Program-made: the position numbers and the translations under genes
Assembly: GCA_046047175.1 (NCBI GenBank)
Contig: JBJOIM010000001.1
Span: 1-44,494, forward strand
From: Actinomycetota bacterium
GTDB lineage: Bacteria > Actinomycetota > Actinomycetes > Nanopelagicales > Nanopelagicaceae
DNA length: 44,494 nt
Reading direction: 5' to 3'
Shown here: piece after piece, positions 42,165 to 44,494 of the stretch
Layout of the letters: each line of letters begins with the position of its first letter
Numbering within the stretch: position 1 is the first letter of the stretch
Notes under the pieces: model-generated
The model's database searches: none
What the model saw: the letters and a program-made list of their open reading frames with translations, nothing else
What the model was told of the DNA's origin: nothing

Positions 42165-43031
42165 ATGCCAGAGTTACCAGAGGTTGAAACCGTACGTCGA
42201 GGTCTTGAGCCTTGGGTAAAAGGTAAGAAGATAAAGAGCATTGAGATGGTTCACAAAGGTGGAAATCGCGCTTCAACCTTTGCTCCGATAACCACAGTCC
42301 AAGGCGCAAGAATCTTGGAGCTAAAACGAAGGGGCAAATTTCTATGGTTTCAATTAAATCGAGATTTAGCCTTGGTCGCTCATTTAGGAATGAGCGGGCA
42401 ATTCTTGATTCAGCCCAAAAAAGCAGATGATGAGAAGCATTTAAGAGTAAGAATAGATTGTGGTGATCGTAAGAAAGAGATTAGATTTATTGATCAAAGG
42501 ACCTTTGGCTGGGTCGCTATTGATGATTTAGTTGAGGAAGATGGCGAAAAGATACCGCGCTCCTTTGCTCGAATCGCTCCGGATATCTTTGACCCTAAAT
42601 TTGATGCCAAAAAACTCATGAGAAAGATCGCCAATAAGAAGAGTGCTATCAAAAGGGTTCTCTTGGATCAAACAGTGATGAGTGGCGTGGGTAATATCTA
42701 CGCTGATGAAGCATTGTGGCGAGCTCGAATTCATCCCGAACGAATGGCTAATACTCTCTCTGAAGATGAGGTAAGAGCCTTGCTTGGTTCGGTAAAGAAG
42801 GTTATGACTAAGGCTTTGAAACAAGGTGGCACAAGCTTTGATGCTCTTTATATAAATGTGAATGGTGAGAGTGGCTACTTTGCAGTTGAACTTGAGGCTT
42901 ATGGTCGGGAGGATGAGCCTTGCTCTCGTTGTGGCAGCTTTATTCGCCGAATTGTTTTTGGAAATCGTTCATCACACTTTTGCCCCAACTGCCAGAAAAA
43001 TCTCAAAAAATCAGGCGCTAAACGGGGCTAA
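42165..43031 (+). CDS. mutM: Formamidopyrimidine-DNA glycosylase
   Basis: It starts MPELPEVETVRRGL, has an H2TH domain and a C-terminal zinc finger (CSRCGSFI...HFCPNCQ). Confidence 0.94.
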   Translation: MPELPEVETVRRGLEPWVKGKKIKSIEMVHKGGNRASTFAPITTVQGARILELKRRGKFLWFQLNRDLALVAHLGMSGQFLIQPKKADDEKHLRVRIDCGDRKKEIRFIDQRTFGWVAIDDLVEEDGEKIPRSFARIAPDIFDPKFDAKKLMRKIANKKSAIKRVLLDQTVMSGVGNIYADEALWRARIHPERMANTLSEDEVRALLGSVKKVMTKALKQGGTSFDALYINVNGESGYFAVELEAYGREDEPCSRCGSFIRRIVFGNRSSHFCPNCQKNLKKSGAKRG

Positions 43032-43070
43032 AAGCCAAGTTTGCTGTATGCCACCCGATAGGTTCTGCCT

Positions 43071-44494
43071 GTGTATTTGAAGAGCATGACCCTGAAGGGC
43101 TTTAAGTCCTTCGCCTCACCCACCACGCTCAAATTTGAGCCCGGCATCACCTGCGTGGTCGGTCCAAATGGTTCAGGTAAGAGCAATGTGGTTGATGCTT
43201 TGTCCTGGGTTATGGGCGAGCAGGGTGCAAAGAGTTTGCGTGGCGGCAAAATGGAGGATGTCATCTTTGCCGGCACCTCGGGGCGTGCTCCCTTGGGTCG
43301 TGCTGAGGTTTCGGTGACCATCGACAATACAGATGGCGCGTTACCAATTGATTTCACAGAGGTGACGATCTCCCGAACCTTATTTAGAAATGGCCAGAGC
43401 GATTACCAGATAAATGGTGAGTCTGCCCGATTGCTTGATATTCAAGAGTTGCTAAGCGATAGCGGTATTGGTCGCGAGATGCATGTAATTGTTGGACAGG
43501 GACAGCTCGATGCGATTCTTACTGCGAATCCAGAGGAACGTCGTGGCTTCATTGAAGAAGCGGCGGGAATTCTTAAGCATCGCAAACGCAAAGAGAAAGC
43601 TTTAAGAAAATTAGATTCAATGCAGGGCAATATGGCTCGAGTGCAAGATTTAACAAATGAGCTGCGACGCCAACTTAGACCACTCGGAAAGCAAGCTGAA
43701 GTCGCCAGAAAAGCAGCGGTAATCCAAGCTGATGTTCGCGATGCCAAACTTCGAATCTTGGCTGATGATCTAATCTCATTTAAATCAACACTTACCTCAG
43801 AGGTGGCGGATGAAACCGCATTACGTGAACGTCGCTCCATCGTTGAACAAGAGTTAGATAAGTTGCGTAATAGAGAGGTCGAATTAGATCGAATCGCTGG
43901 AGTAGAAGGACCCCAACTCAACGCTGCGCAAGACAACTACTACAACCTAACCGCTCAGCGAGAGAAATTACGAGGAACCCAAAATCTGGCCTCAGAGCGG
44001 GCTAGATTTTTAGCAGAAGAGGCGGAAGAGGCCCGCGCACTGGGAAGAGATCCAGAGGCGCTAGATGCAGAGGCGCAGGGATTACGCCAAGAAGAAAGTG
44101 CTTTACAAAATTCACTAGAAAAAGCGCGAACTGATTTAAGTAGCACGACTGCAAATGTTGCAGATTTGGAAACCCGCTTGAAGCATGAAGATGACCGCGT
44201 TGCCGCAGCCCAGAGAGCGATCGCTGATTATCGAGAAGGCACCGCTAGACAAGAGGGCCATATCAAGAGTTTGCAATCACGTATCGATGGAACTAAATCT
44301 GAAATTTCCCGTCTGGAAAAAGCCTTAGGCGAGGCAAATTATCGTGTTGAAGAGGCCAAGAGGGATTTTGCCAGATTAGAAAGTGAGGTCGCCGGCTTAG
44401 ATGCGGGCGAGCTTGGACTAGATGCAGAGTTTGAAAAAGCTAAACAGCTCTTGAATAGTTCAAAATCTGTTCTGGAAAAGTTGCAAAGTGATTT
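43071..44494 (+). CDS. smc: Chromosome partition protein SMC (N-terminal head plus the start of the coiled coil; continues beyond the window)
   Basis: Hand translation gives (V)YLKSMTLKGFKSFASPTTLKFEPGITCVVGPNGSGKSNVVDALSWVMGEQGAKSLRGGKMEDVIFAGT..., followed by a long coiled coil. I chose the GTG at 43071 by similarity to the usual M-x-LK-x-LTLKGFKSF N-terminus; the ATG at 43086 is the alternative. It is not in the ORF track because there is no stop in the window. Confidence 0.92.
   Translation, partial: MYLKSMTLKGFKSFASPTTLKFEPGITCVVGPNGSGKSNVVDALSWVMGEQGAKSLRGGKMEDVIFAGTSGRAPLGRAEVSVTIDNTDGALPIDFTEVTISRTLFRNGQSDYQINGESARLLDIQELLSDSGIGREMHVIVGQGQLDAILTANPEERRGFIEEAAGILKHRKRKEKALRKLDSMQGNMARVQDLTNELRRQLRPLGKQAEVARKAAVIQADVRDAKLRILADDLISFKSTLTSEVADETALRERRSIVEQELDKLRNREVELDRIAGVEGPQLNAAQDNYYNLTAQREKLRGTQNLASERARFLAEEAEEARALGRDPEALDAEAQGLRQEESALQNSLEKARTDLSSTTANVADLETRLKHEDDRVAAAQRAIADYREGTARQEGHIKSLQSRIDGTKSEISRLEKALGEANYRVEEAKRDFARLESEVAGLDAGELGLDAEFEKAKQLLNSSKSVLEKLQSD

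Overview
The window is a dense, almost entirely plus-strand block of core housekeeping genes with Actinomycetota-type synteny. The order is etfBA, iscS, mnmA, ligA; then nadD, rsfS, comEA, comEC, holA, rpsT, lepA, hemW, hrcA, dnaJ, rsmE, phoH, ybeY; then gltX, tRNA-Gln, tRNA-Glu, an IclR regulator, leuCD, hupB, plsC, gpsA, ddl, thiL, rpmB, recG, rsmD, coaD, yceD, rpmF, rnc, mutM, smc. GC content is only about 46-48% by eye. Intergenic spacers are very short and many start/stop codons overlap. By inference this suggests a streamlined low-GC actinobacterium, for example an acI/Nanopelagicales-like freshwater lineage. I count 48 intact CDS (one a 52-aa candidate small ORF), one disrupted gene and 3 tRNAs (Ala-GGC, Gln-CTG, Glu-CTC). 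I see no rRNA, CRISPR array, transposase, integrase, phage, toxin-antitoxin or recognisable defence genes, and I find no support for a novel multi-gene system here. Four observations deserve a second look. (1) A perfect 28-bp tandem duplication frameshifts an otherwise intact glgX at the left edge. (2) rnc (RNase III) has its catalytic signature upstream of any in-frame ATG/GTG/TTG, so it needs a non-canonical start (CTG or ATC) abutting the rpmF stop. (3) An unlisted 52-aa membrane micro-ORF lies between ligA and nadD. (4) Small repeat and palindrome architectures lie upstream of hupB and in the IclR/leuC divergent spacer. Two short ribosomal genes or ORFs missing from the ORF track were recovered by hand (rpmF and the 52-aa ORF). 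So were two edge-truncated genes (glgX, smc). Several ORF-track starts were trimmed to more plausible start codons.
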